A stretch of 64,000 nucleotides of DNA, taken from contig OZ076409.1 in NCBI GenBank assembly GCA_964187785.1, forward strand, positions 96,536,001 through 96,600,000. The letters are read 5' to 3'. The stretch's first letter is position 1. Each line of letters begins with the position of its first letter. Positions 35,160 to 48,409 of the stretch are shown piece after piece. The DNA comes from Amphiscolops sp. MND2022 (taxonomy: Eukaryota). Under the pieces are notes generated by a model. That model was not told the DNA's origin and ran no database searches. It saw only the letters and a program-made list of their open reading frames with translations. Position numbers and translations under genes: made by a program.

Positions 35160-36016
35160 TTCGCGGGAGAATTTAGGCGGGAGACTTTCGTTAGAAGATT
35201 AGTCGCCCTTCCGTAAAGTTTCCATTTTTGTAACTTTTCTCATTCCGTAGTTTTGTTGATGAGCGTTAGGCTAAGTTAATTGCCTCTCAAGTCTCTATTG
35301 GTCTATTTATCTAACAGTTGAAGAGGTGTTAATCACTACTGTGAGTGTTTATCAACACTCATTACTGGTAAATAGTAACACCATCAAAGACCATCGGTCC
35401 GTTCGGCTACATCAATTGGATTAGCCAATCGGAAAGCGTTGATGAATTGATGATGAAAATTGATGAAAATGAATAAAATGGCGATTTTCTAATCTAATAC
35501 TAATCTAAATAATGTAGTAATCTTTCGAAATGAATGAAGGCATGAATATCACTGGCAGTTTCAATCCATGATGAAAGGTATAAAAGCAAAATAATTGTAC
35601 GAGTAGTAGATGATATAAGTAGTAAGTAATAATAGGTGAAAAGCTAATTAGTAGGCCACGACATCCGAACAAAGTAGTAAATGATTAACCGTCTTGTGGT
35701 TCTAATCGTTTTATGTAACTTGATAGTCAGTCCAGGAAAGTTAGTAAGTATCAGTAGTGTTAATCTGATTTAATATAGTCTCTGTGTCTGTAATCCAGTA
35801 GTCCTCACTCTTTACAATTGCAACACTTGAATTGATTGTTATCCAATTTGAATTCCAATTAACGAGAAACCTTACTGCCGAACTTCATACAGCCCTGTGG
35901 ACATTTTGGTCACTGCTGATCCTCAAGTCTTCTTTAGACAACAATCATACCCTTGGTCCAAATACCATTCCAGTAATTTCAACCGACCGACTGAGCGAGA
36001 ATTCTGTCTTCCCATC
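35160..36016. promoter_or_regulatory. Putative bidirectional internal promoter of element B
   Basis: TTAGCCAATC at 35421 and AAAATGGCG at 35475, in the same order as in A. Confidence 0.5.
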
Positions 36017-39000
36017 ATGGAAATGACATCAGGTTGGTTCTTTTATTTTGTCTAACTAAACTTGATCAAGGTTTAGGTTCGACTACAAGTACTTCCTCCA
36101 TCGTGAAATGTTTTCAACACTGGTTGAATTAACTGAACTTTACTTCCGGAAGTTTTAAATGCGGCTAGATGGATTCTTTTGCAGGAAGTGAACCGCTCAA
36201 ATTTATTTCTTTCCGTTTAGGAAATGAATCAAACGGCCAACCAGCCCAAACGGACAAAAGCCCCAATGGCTCTGGAGATGATGATTTAGACCAGCGAAGT
36301 AGTGTAGTCCAAGAGACCGTCAGTCCCACAGTTGCAAACAGGACAGATGAGATGTCCCCACTTACGTCCACCGGGTACCTTCCTACTGGTATAGAGATCA
36401 TTGAAGGAAGCGGGACTCAAAGTTCAACAGAGCAAAAGTCGTCCGTAAAAGATGCTGCGTCCATAGGATCACCCGTTCAAGGTTGTGCTTCGAAGCAACC
36501 TTCCCCAGATTACTCTCCGTCCTACATCAATCCTCTCGCATCCGGTAACAGCAGTTCTGGGGAAAGCATCCAGGCCTATCTCGATCGCAAAATCCAAAGT
36601 TTGGAGAAGGACATGCGAACCCATGAAGATCGGTTAAGCAAAGGTGACACTTCCAAAGCTAGTGAGAGTGAACCACTTACGTTAATCCCTTCTACGAGCT
36701 TTCAGTTCAGCCCAAAAGGTCAAAGTCCCTCCGGCCAAAAGGTCTCATTTCTCGGTCCACCACCAGGGTTTTCCCAACTATCTGAGCCTGAACGAACTCA
36801 AGGTTCACAGAAACGTCCCCGTATTGGAAGCTCCTCTCTTCATGAGAGCCATCCCCCAACCAAGCAACGCGCTCCAACTCCTTTCCGAGACGCTAGCAAT
36901 GAGAATAGTGAGACTGATACAAGCGTCGAAATCAGCCGCAGGGACCTCAGGGCCACAACTTGTAGCAGTAGTGAATTTATGGCTGAGACTGAAGTCGATT
37001 CTTCTCACAATCCTGCTGGTTCAACCATCGCTGAGGCCTTGAACTAGAAGTCTCGGCGCAACGACAATGAGTCCAGCGACGGTGAAAGCATGTTCACTAC
37101 AGTAGGTCTCCCCGAATCTTCAAGAGGACAAGGGCTAAAGTCAAGCAGCAGAGCGCTTATCAAGGAGCATTTTCAGACAAATGAAACTTTTGTCCTCCCT
37201 CAAGGACACCCGGTGATCGCCTTCACAGAGAATCAGTTGAGCAGCGTCCTCAAGATTGTAGCAGACGAGGCTGTGAGAGCTTCGCAAGACGCTTTGGAAG
37301 GGATCATCCAAAAGACTAGAAGACTACCTCTAGAGGCACCCGTACGATCCCCGGCCACCCCAGCTACCGTTGGTTCTCGGTCGTCCCTTAGGTCAAGAAG
37401 CACTTCACCTGGGTTACTGAGTGATACTAGTGGAGTTCTCAGAAGTGACGAAGAGCTCTCTAGCATTGGCTACACTTATGAGAGAAATGACGCCGAGCAA
37501 ATATTTGCTCCACCGAGAGCAGCTGGTTCCGTGTCTAGTGGTCTTTTGGAACCGCGAGGAGAAGGTGTGGACGCGTCGGTCGGCAGTCCAGGAGCCCAAA
37601 CTCTCGCTGCACTAAAAGCTGAGGCTATCAAGGACAAGGCCAAGACCTCGCGTAGTCAACGAGGCAGATTTACTACTAGTGCTAGAGGCACAGGGACTCG
37701 CAGGAAGGTCACAAGGTCCTGCAAAATAATGAAAGAGGCCTACTTCAAGGGCATGGAGTGGACTCGCACCTTCGTCTCTGGCCCAATGGACCCAAGGTGG
37801 AATCCTTACAAATTTTATTGTCAAATTTGCAAGGCCAACATCTCCATTTACGGAAAAGGAGCACGGGAGATTTTGCGTCACCATACTTCTGAAAAGCACT
37901 TGCGGAAGGATCAAAGGTGGCGGTATGAATACCTATACCGGATTGACCCGGTAACAAAGACCAAGATCCACCAAGTCCGAGGCAAAGATGGGAAACTCTT
38001 GTCTCCCTATGAGTTGGAATTCGAGCTGCCGCATTTCATTAGTGCTCCACTTGTTGAAATCGGACAAAAATTACCCTTCTATGATGAGTACATGGCGGGT
38101 ACGGACTACATGTCTTCTTCTTTGGACAATTGAGCACGTATCCAGCTGTCTGTGTTAGCCAAGTTCCTGCCAACTCATGGAGACCTAGAAGTCCTAAAAG
38201 CCTTTTGGAGCGATGTCGGGGTGATAGTGAACCACCAATCCTTGTTCACTGATTTCAATTGGGGGCAAAGAACGAATTAGTGTAAGTAGTCGTGCCTAAT
38301 ATGATTTTCGAAGTCGTTGTTGCCACTCTAGTACACATTGTCAATTTTATCCAAAGTTATACAGTCTTTTGTATTTTAGGTCATGTTCCACCACATGTTC
38401 CTCGAGCTCATTGCAGACATCGGGTCTCAAATCAATACATCTGGTGAATATGCTGTGGAATTCGCTACGGATGGGGTTTTCCTATTATCATTCGTTAGAT
38501 TTTGGCATGATGATCAGCTCTGTCGTGTGTTCCTCAAACGGACTGGGCGAGTGCAGGGACAAGCTCAAGCTGAAGTATGTTTGATTTCCTACGTGGGCGT
38601 GTCATGGGCGTAATCATGGGCGTGTTTTCAACTAAGCCTCGTCTGGTCTGTTGTACCGGTAGTAGTGCCAGGACAGTACAGCTTCTGGACCAAAGTCCCT
38701 ATACGCCACACGGATTGCAAAGTACCCCACGGTTCGAGGAGCTAGAATTGTCTGCACTTATGCACAAGAAGAGCCAGAGTGTCTTCGGGCGGATAGACTT
38801 CTTTTCTGTGCTACGCTACCTCGTGACCTCCCTCGGCGGCAGTGCTGAATTGGACTGGGGGTTACTTGCTCCAGAACTATCTAAGGTAATTGGCTCCATT
38901 TGCTAAACTTAAATCCGTGGCTTAAGTAGGTTTCCATGTTTGGTTTCTCTAACACTAATACTACCATTCTAATTTTGCGGTTATCTTTGCAGGCCATCAG

Positions 39001-40526
39001 AACAGGCCGCCTCGATATCTGTGGACTTCCTGCCCTTTGTCAGGATTTGCTGGACAACTGATCAAAAGTCGTTGGCTATCTGTCCAAGTATGCCCCTCAA
39101 CAAGAGAAACAAGGCGTCCGCAATGAGGTAAAGGATAATTTTAGTGTGGCTAATGCGACGTAGTGTCTAATTTGCTTTGATCACTAAATGGTTTCAGCCT
39201 CAAAATCTGGAATGGTCCATTGTATATGACGATCTCTTCCCTTGTCGCTTGGACCTGTTTTGCCGTCTGGTCCGCGATTGTAAGTGTTATACATACACAC
39301 TTCCCTGATTATATGTTTCCTTGAGTGCATGTGCCTTCCATTTAGATACTAGCAGTTTCGTTCTCAATTTAAAGGCCAGACGCGACCGAGGGTTTCATGT
39401 TCATAAAGAACTTTGCCAGTACCTTCAGAAACTAGCCCGAAGGTGTGTCCGCCCCAGCAGTCTACCGTCTGAGTCTGACTACCATGACATCCTCCGAATT
39501 TCCATCCCTGACTCAAGGGCTCTCTCAGTGGATGACTTCGTGTCTAGATCCAAACTGACGCCCAGACTAGATGTTTGCTGCAAACGTAAGGCAGAGAAGG
39601 AAAGGAAAGATGCGAAGAACAGCAGTCTAAGCCTGGATCAGCTAGTCGCAAACAACCGTGAGGAATTCAGCCGACAAGCCAGGGCGTATGTTGCGCATCT
39701 CTTTGGTGCTGCTGCTGGCTTGACCAGATTTACCTCTGACATCGTCAAAGGGTTGGGCGCCTTTGACTTGGAGACACTCTTAATAGACACCATGGAACAG
39801 GCTGCCTATTGTTTCAAGAACCTCTTCTCAAGTTTTCGACTCAGAGGGGTGTTCAAGTCTGAAGAGGAATCTTTGTACATGGAGGAATACCTTTCTTTCA
39901 TTGATGAGGTGCCCCAATCACACCCTGAGATACAGCAGCCCAAACTGTTGATTGCTGATGCCATAGACGTCGTGTCCAAACAGCCTGCCCTGAAGTCCCG
40001 GGTATATCTTTCCCGAATCTTTCGCCTCAGTTGCCTTTGCATCGACGAGCCTCGTTACTCTTTCGTTCCAGTCAGGTTTGGCTCCACCAAGACTGATGAC
40101 CCTACTAGTATGCTGTTTGATGTTGTTGCACCCATACAGTCCTATTTAAAGAATGCTGTTCGTGGATTGGACGCCCTTACCTCGGATGCATCAATCGCTC
40201 GTTTCCTCGAGTTAGAGATGACCTTTGGGAACGCGGGCCTCAACAGCACCTATTGTCCTTGGGATGGCATTAACCACTTCGATCGAGTTGGAATTCAAGA
40301 TTGTATCAACTCCCAGTCTACTGTGGGGCGCAAAGTCACCTTGTGCGTCGATAGTGATCCTCAGGGTTCTAGCAAATCACTCAAGAAGACTCAGAGTTCC
40401 AGTTCCGGCAGGTCGCCTAAGAAGACTCAGAGTCCCCATTCCAGCAAGCAGCAGGAGCAGTCGTCATCACGAACCTCTTCAATTGAGCAGGGTAGTCGTA
40501 CAAGTGGAAGCCCCCATAAGCACTAG
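36017..40526 (+). pseudogene. Element B antisense six-exon zinc-finger/hAT-like gene (a few stops and frameshifts)
   Basis: Predicted introns 36033-36220, 38282-38379, 38886-38992, 39128-39197 and 39280-39345. Zinc finger YCQICKANISIYGKGAREILRHHTSEKH. Confidence 0.85.
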
Positions 40527-40699
40527 TCGTCCAGGATGTGCTTCAATTGATAAACATCATTTATTTCCTTGATGTCTTTGTTTATTTATATTCTTTGTTC
40601 TTTCACATTTAGTGTGATTTTAGTCCAAAAGTCAGTCTGGTCTCAAAAAAAATACTTGTATTTATTTATTAGCCACGGGACAGTAATTTACATATCTGT

Positions 40700-43600
40700 C
40701 TAGTATCTGTATTCATCAGTGAAGTTGGGGGTGGGGTTTGGACGAAGGTTATATTTTCCTCCCCTAGGGCTTTCGTTTTCTACAATCATATCGTCATCAT
40801 CTAATACTTCGGGCACGATAGTATCGCTCCCTCCTGATGATTTTTGGTCATCAGAATAGTCATTCAGGCCATCTGAGTACGTTTTTTCGGTCAAGACAAA
40901 ATCATCCTTTTGGTGTGGCCCGGTGGACTCAAGGTCCTCGCGGGTGAAATTGCTGTCCGGGGCATTGGCGCCCTTTTCATGGTGAGGCCCGGTGGACCTA
41001 AAGTCCACGTCGGTGAAAATTTCTTCTTGCGTCATAGGATCGGTGTCAGTGTTGCTAGAGTTGTGTAGGCCATCTCGGTTCGTAGGAATTGCGGTCTTTT
41101 CGGCAGAATCGGGAAATTCTCCAAAATTGGTTTCCAACGTAATAACGTATAAGTCGTCTTGCGGAATAACAATTTCATTATCCGGTTGTAAATTGCCTTC
41201 CGGTCTAACGTCTTGTAGGACAGTATTCGGTTCATATTTGCGCAATCGGATCCGATGTAGTATTTGCGTTTTATTGGAATTGAGTTTTCTGACTATATAA
41301 TTTTCATTCGGTAAAACCTTTTCGACAACGTATGGTCCAATCCACCTGTATTCACGGAATGGAATTCTTGATCCTTGGTGGTCAGCAATAGGTTGTAGAA
41401 TAAAACAGTAGTCATTTTGTTTCAAGGGGGCCGCTTTGGCCTTCCTGTCGTAATACTCTTTGTACTTCAAATAAGATTGCATGATGTTTTTCTTTGTGGA
41501 ATCTAGTAGTATCTGCGTGCGGCGTTGAAATTCGTCTGCAAAGTCCGTGGTCGGTAGGACCTTCGGGTTTGGATTAAGGCCCAATTTGTGATCCAATATA
41601 TTATACGGGATTCGTCCGTGAAAAATTCTCGATGGTTCACAACCCAGGGTAGCATGATAAGTCGTATTGTAGTTCAATACGGCTAAAGGCAAATATTTAT
41701 GCCACTGTCGCCTGTAGTCTCCTGAGGCCATCTTGAGGTTTGTTTTGAGACTAGCGTGCGTACGTTCCAATTTGCCAATTGTTTGTGGGTGTTTGGTAGT
41801 TGCGCATTTTATTTGGATTCCCAAGATTTGGGCAATCTCAGCCACTAGTTTGGACGTGAAGGCCGTACCTTTGTCTGTGATCAAAGTCGTGGGCAAACAG
41901 GTGTGCTTGGTCATTATATCAATTATGACCTTTGCCGTATTTGTGGCCGAAGCGTCCGTGACTGGGTAAGCAAAGAGATATCTTGAAAAGACGTCCATTG
42001 CAGTTATGATGTTCTCGTATCCGCCACTCGCGGGTAGGTTAGGTAACAAATCGATTTGCATTGCATCCTCAGGGCCTAAGTCCCATTCGGGCAAATTAGG
42101 CAACTCCGGAGTGATTGATGGGTTTGGAATTCTTTTATCTTTTATACAAACTTCACATCCTTGAACCCATTTTTTGACAAGTTTTGCAATGCCAGGATAG
42201 TAGTATTTTTGGCGAATTTCTATGAGCATCTTGGATATTCCGGGGTGTTTATTAGCTTTTCCATGTAAAGATTCGAGTAGTTCTTGGACTAGATGTTTTG
42301 GCAATAGCACTTGATTGTATTTGACAGCTCCCGTTTCATCAAAATACTGTCTGGTAATAATTTCGTCCGTAACGGACAGTCTGTCCATCTGGCGACAGTA
42401 ATGTTGGTAGCGGGAATCTTGCAGAAGGATGGTTTCCGAATAACTTTCTTTCAATATTTTGAGGCGCAGTTGTTGTAAAATGACGTCGTTATTCTGCTCT
42501 ACTGCTATAGAGTTCGTGTAGGATAATTTTTGGAACGTTGAAAGTTTGTGGTAGTCACTTTTGTGTGTAGAAAATTTTTCGAACGAAATGTCTGGTAATT
42601 GATTGGTTGGGTGAGACCTAGCGTCTTTTTTGCGCTGTAAAATTTGTTCTTCCGTCTCGTCATCATCCTCGGTATAAAAGATTTGTTCCTCTTCCGGAAC
42701 TCCGGCCGATTGGACATGGAGTTCGATCGGTGTTGTGGGAATATCTTCTCTGATCCTGAGGATTAATTTCTCTTTCGGAGAGATTTCTAGACGTGACAGG
42801 TAGTCTGCCGCTGTGTTATTTTTTCCTGGGATATGTGCTATTGTGAAGTTGAACTGGATCACATAATCACAGGCATTCCATAATGTTGGTGGAATGATTT
42901 TCGTCTGAAAAAGCGTGTGACGGACTTGTTGTCTGTAAGTATGATTACCGGTTTAGGGGTTCCCCAAAAGATATGTCCAAATTCCTTGAAGGCAAAGAAA
43001 ATTGCTAAGAATTCCTTGGCATAGATGGACATTTTCAATTGGGTAGGACTAAAGGTCTTGGATCCATAAGCTACTGGTGCGAAAGCTTTCCTCGTGGAGG
43101 TGTACTTCTCGAGTGTATCGTCTTCGATGAGAACTGCGTACCCTGCGGCCGAAAAGCTGGCATCAGTCATGAGGGCTATTTGCTTGTTCGGTAAGGGTTG
43201 TTTGAGTGCCAGTTCGCAACATCGATCAAGAGCCTTGTTTATCTCGGTAAATTTTTCCAATAGGTCCGGTGTTACCAGGACTTTTTCATCTTTAAGGAGC
43301 AGTTTGAAAAACGGTGTTAGTTTTTCTGATAGTCTTGGAATGTAGTTCCGATAGTAATTCAAAAAGCCCAAGTAACGCTGTAGTGCTTTCTTGGATTTCG
43401 GGAATTTCGTATTTTCTAGGAAATTTTGGACCCGTGGTCTCTGCGGCTTCACTCCGGCAGGAGTGATGGTATGTCCTAGAAAGTCGATTTCCGTTGCTCC
43501 AAAATGGCATTTGTGCATGGTAAGTTTGAGGCCAGCTCGTTGTATGCATTGGAATGTGGCCCTCAAGTTGTTGATGAGTTGTTCGGCGTCGTTGGCAGCG

Positions 43601-45801
43601 ATGCCAATATCATCAACATATTGGGCGCATTGGTCTGCTTTAATGACCTTGTCTAAATATTCTCGCATAAAGCTGGAGAAGGCCGATAGGGCTCTACTGA
43701 GTCCTTGTGCCAACCTTCTGTACGCGAATGTTCTACTGGCAAAGTTGAAGGCAAGCATTTCAATGGATCTTTGGTCCGCCATTTGTAGGCAATGGTAAGC
43801 TTGCGAACAGTCCAACTTACAGAATAGCTTTTTCCCAGCCATGTGTTGGGCTGCATCAGTAAGCGTACTTACTGGGTGGTTATTGTTGATGTAATCATCC
43901 GATATCAAGTTATTTATTTTACGTAAGTCGACTAAAAGTCGCAATTTGCCCTTGGGTTTCTTTTGTGCAAAAATGGGACTTGCGTATTTGAAAAAAGGGA
44001 GTGTTGTAATGATGCCATAGCGATGTAGGAGAGCCAACTCTACAAGGATATCTTCCTTGAGGTTTATTGGCGTTGGCAAACTCTGACTATAGGCCAGGGA
44101 ATCATCTTTCAGTGTCAATTTGACCTTGAAGTCCTCGTTCATGCCTATGTCAAAGCGATGCCTAGCAAAGATATCATGAAACTCGACAAGTAAGTCCTCT
44201 ATACGAGCTATTTCGGTAGGTTGGAGCATAGAGTCTGTCCAGTCAAAGTTGGATAAGAATTGTCGTCTGGACTCAGGGTCATCCCGAGGATTGAGTTTCT
44301 CTAATTCCTGAAGGTTGATAAGTTCGGACAAAATCCTTTTTCTGGATTGGCGTGAGGTGCTGAGGGTCCCCAGGGTCTTCCGGCGTTGGAAACCAGTAGT
44401 TTTCCTTGAGGTCCTCAGGTTTCGTAGATTTGATCAAGCTACTTGCATAATGAGCAGCGTTTTCAGGGTTATCTTGTAGGAGGTGCCATGTGGTCACCGG
44501 GTCAATGGGCTTTACATATTTCATCTGTTCTGGCGTGAGGACAGTGAAATTAGCCACCTGTGTACCCCTCTTGAGGGTGTACGGACTATCGGTAAAGTTG
44601 TTGAGATGAACCGATACCTGACCATTGGTCAGCGTGACTAGAGCAGCGCAGAAGGCAATATCGCCGTCATCTGTAAGATTGTTGCTCGGTTGGAGGATCC
44701 CAGTAACTGTAGTGTTCTCGTACAGTTGTGAAGCCATAAGGACCGATTGTCTGCCATTAGGGGGAATGGTTGCATCCTCTCTAATGCAGATGGGTTCCAT
44801 AACGCTGGTATACTTTTGATCAGCAGTTTTCAACTGCATTGAAAAGAAAGGGAAATTCAGGACACCTTGTCTCATGTCCAGGATGGTATTGTTCCTTTGG
44901 AGGAATGAAAGACCGATCAACGGGCTGGTGAGTTTTTCCATAACGATGAATATTTCGTGAAATTCTATGTCGCCGACTTCAAACTTCAGTTCGACTGTGC
45001 TCTTAGGAGTCTCCAGCTGTCCATTAGCAACCATAATTTGGAAGCTAGGAGCCGGGCCCTCTTTGACAATTGACTGAGGGGCTAGTAATCGGATTTTACG
45101 TAGATCAGCTTCTGGGATTGCGCTAGATAGGGCTCCCGTGTCTACAAGGCCATCTAATGTTAGTTTCTAAAATCCATCGGAAAATAGAGCATTCGTCTCT
45201 TGTATTTGAGGCCAAGATTAGTTGTCAGCGGTACATAGTCTGGTTCACCTGTTCTTGTGATTAGGGTGTTCACAAAACGGGCAGCAACTGCTGTGGCCAG
45301 TGAGACCGGTGGTCCCGCACGGTGAAGTTCAGCGTCGTGCTCAGCCTGAGTGATTTGAGATCTCTGTGGTATGTCATGTTGCCATGGATCGACCTTGGCC
45401 TTTGCAAGAACCTTATTCAAGGCTCGATCAATTTCATAAGAATCTGGTTCTCTGATGTGATTTGGTTTGTGGAAATTACGGTAGAAGTATAGATGATGTT
45501 GATTGTAGCAATTAGCGTCCCAATAGGGATCAAAACCATAGTCCGGGTCCGGGTAATTTGGGTTATAGTCATCCACAAGGGGTATGAGACGTATAGTCGA
45601 AGTATCATTTTGTAGTCTGTTGGACATAGGGTCCAGAGTGGTTTGAGAAGTAGGAGGAGTCTTCATCTGCTGCTGCCAGTCAGCTGATGATGTTTGTTTA
45701 AGGGAGGTATAATATTCAGTATAATATATGTTTGAAGGGTCTGATATTATGTATTGTCGGACACGAAGTTTTGTATTAAATTGGAGTCGTGGCAAATCTA
45801 G
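40700..45801 (-). pseudogene. pol: Element B pol (PR, RT, RNase H, IN) with a few frameshifts
   Basis: VDTGA (~45140), QYVDD, TDAS, integrase core; ends GGKYNLRPNP as in A. Confidence 0.95.
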
Positions 45802-47564
45802 TTTTTTGAGTTTTTCAGGATTGAGGTTGTTTGTTTGTTTTGGGCATCATTATTACTAGTGGACGGGTCGTCGGTTTTGGGGTCCTCTAGTTTGAGGTTT
45901 TTAGGTTTGAGGTGGGCTCCTGCGCCTTTCCAACACCGTTCCGCCGGGTGATTCGTTTTGTCACACGTCGGGCACTTTGGATACTCTTTTCTGGTATTCT
46001 GGCCGTCGGTGCGTTTTTGTTCTTCTTTCCGTTTCAGTTTGCGGCAATCGTCCTTCGTATGACCTGGTTTTTTGCAATAATTGCAAGTAATTCCCGGGTC
46101 GATTCCGGAGGAAAGAAGGCCTGTACCCGGTCGTGTTGCTGTCGGGGCCGTAGACATTGTTGGGACTGGAATGTCGTCACCCTCCTCAAGTCCGTTGAGT
46201 TCTAACTCTCGTTCTAGATGAGTAACTATTTCCTCGTAGGTAGCATTTTCGAGTCTAGCCATATTGACGGAGCGTTTCAATTTTGGCGGCAACTTGGCAT
46301 AGAGGAGACTATCAATCATGGCCTGGGCGTTCTCGCCAAACGCTTTTTCGGCTCCTTGGTTTAATTCTTCAAGGAAGTCTGGCAGCTTCATGGTGTTTGG
46401 GTCAAATACCAGTCTGTGCCATTTGTGTTTGGCAGTCGCCTGGGACTCAGGCTTGACGTATTTCCGACGAAATACTGCCAGGATGTCTTCCAATGTTTGC
46501 CTGTTTGCCGTGTTGATGTTACGAAAGGTTTGTAACGCGTTTTTGCGTAACAATGAATGAAAATGGTTTATTTTCATTGTTTCGGTCATATCGGGTTGCA
46601 TTTTAATCATTGTGTGGAAGAGATCTTCGAAAAGTTCAAATTTCTCTGATTTGCCGTCAAACGTCAGTGTAGTCGTACTGACTGGGCGTACCATCAGCGT
46701 TTGTGCTGATGGACGGTTGTTCATACCAACTAATACTTCTGCAAGACGGTTAATAGGGTCAGAAGAAGTAGGTGGGGTTGTGGCCTCAGAGACCTGGGGG
46801 ATTGTATCTTGAGACTCATCATTGTTGGAATTTTGACGTTGCAGGGGATCTCGGGATTGCATGGGACGTCCAGTGAGAAACTCAGGAACCATATGTGGGG
46901 TAGGGTTGGCTCCTGTCACCATGTCGCGATTTTGTTCGCTATTATTAGATTCAATTGAACTCTCTCTAGACCTCAGTCTATTATTTTCCTGTGTAAAACA
47001 GGTTCTGGAACGATTTTCCCACGTTTTCTGTGAATTTCCTACTTCGGTGTTCCGTTGTAGCCCACTGGACCTTCGGTCCTTCATGGTGAAATTGGCCGAC
47101 CTAGGGCTGGGATGTAGCCCGTTGGACGCTCTGTCCACCATGGTGAAATTTGGTCTCCCCTGCATTTCTAGCGTATTTTGGATAGAAGGAAGCACTGTAT
47201 TTTTTATTGCCGCTGTTACTGCTTCCTGAATCTGGGAATTCAGACTAGTTTTGATCTCATTAAGTTTTCTAGACATTTGATTGGAAATTTCTTCATTTAT
47301 CAACCTTGTAGTCTCAATTGTGATTTCACTATTATCTCTACTATTGGTATTAAGTAATGATCTAAAATCCTCTCCTATGGCATTCGAACTATGTTGTGGT
47401 CTACTACACCCTGAGTCCAAGTTCAGCTCATTCTCGCTAATGTTATTCTCTTCATCATCTCTAGAGTAACTCCCAAGCATTATATCAACGTTTTCTACAT
47501 CAGACATCATGTCTAATTGCCTAGAGCGTCTCTCTTTGGCCTTTTGTCTCCTCGTTGAAGGCAT
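45798..47564 (-). CDS. gag: Element B Gag (588 aa), starting inside the 5' LTR
   Basis: Intact ORF with two knuckles, CNYCKKPGHTKDDC and CPTCDKTNHPAERC. Confidence 0.95.
   Translation of the reverse strand: MPSTRRQKAKERRSRQLDMMSDVENVDIMLGSYSRDDEENNISENELNLDSGCSRPQHSSNAIGEDFRSLLNTNSRDNSEITIETTRLINEEISNQMSRKLNEIKTSLNSQIQEAVTAAIKNTVLPSIQNTLEMQGRPNFTMVDRASNGLHPSPRSANFTMKDRRSSGLQRNTEVGNSQKTWENRSRTCFTQENNRLRSRESSIESNNSEQNRDMVTGANPTPHMVPEFLTGRPMQSRDPLQRQNSNNDESQDTIPQVSEATTPPTSSDPINRLAEVLVGMNNRPSAQTLMVRPVSTTTLTFDGKSEKFELFEDLFHTMIKMQPDMTETMKINHFHSLLRKNALQTFRNINTANRQTLEDILAVFRRKYVKPESQATAKHKWHRLVFDPNTMKLPDFLEELNQGAEKAFGENAQAMIDSLLYAKLPPKLKRSVNMARLENATYEEIVTHLERELELNGLEEGDDIPVPTMSTAPTATRPGTGLLSSGIDPGITCNYCKKPGHTKDDCRKLKRKEEQKRTDGQNTRKEYPKCPTCDKTNHPAERCWKGAGAHLKPKNLKLEDPKTDDPSTSNNDAQNKQTTSILKNSKN
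46910..46921 (-). promoter_or_regulatory. Element B PBS (12 nt, tRNA-Leu-like)
   Basis: TGGTGACAGGAG abutting the LTR end. Confidence 0.8.
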
Positions 47565-48409
47565 TGAAGGTTCAATTTAATTCAACAATGAATTATTCGA
47601 ATGAACTGGTATTTCAACAGTAAGAGATTATACAAATGGTACAAATGATTGTATTTCAGCAGTACGTGAATGTTATCTAGAAGTCAGGTTACAAATGAAT
47701 GATCCCCAAGACAGTCCGTCCCTCTTATTTATAGTCTGGGGGGAGTGACGGACAAAATCCTGAGTGTCATGTTACTAATAATAGACAGAAATACTAAAAA
47801 TAGCACTTATTGCAACTGTGTCATAATGACGTAATCACATCAAAAGGTTATTGTTAGTTATGCCGACAAAATGTTAGGTAGCAACATTACATATTCGTAA
47901 CTGATATTTAATTTGCAACTTTTCATGTTCACTAAATGTAAAATACATGCTAGCATCATAATCAACCGTCGTGGACTTTAAGTCCGCACGGCCTCAATCT
48001 AATACTATGCTGGCGGCGTAATGTACAATTGCCACCGCGGTAGACACTTGGTCCGCGGAGCTACAGTAATTAACTGCAATGTGATTGGCCAATATGTTCA
48101 ACGATTAGTGTACATTTGATTAAATGATGAGTTCATTTGAACTCGTTTCCTTCCGTATTGTGCATACGTACTTATTGCTTCTACTAATTTACTGCAATTT
48201 ACATTGAGAAAATACTACAATTTCATGATATAACAGGCACAGACTAATTAATAATCATAGCTTATTGTAATAAAATTAATGTTTGTTGTGGCTCTGTGGA
48301 CTGAGTGTCCCAAAGGTTTAAATTGGTAGAACTCCTGGTGGCGGGTTTGTGTTATCTCCTTCCACTAGGATTTGATAGTAATTGCCGTCACAGGCGGCAG
48401 CCTGCGACA
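46922..48409 (-). repeat. Element B 5' LTR
   Basis: Direct repeat of 32822-34309; minus-strand TATAAA at 47728-47733. Confidence 0.95.

Larger units (their letters stand above)
32822..48409 (-). mobile_element. Element B: full-length ~15.6 kb Ty3/gypsy element related to A, nested in env of C
   Basis: 1488-bp LTRs with TGTCG...CGACA termini and TSD GTGAT (32817-32821, 48410-48414). Confidence 0.97.
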
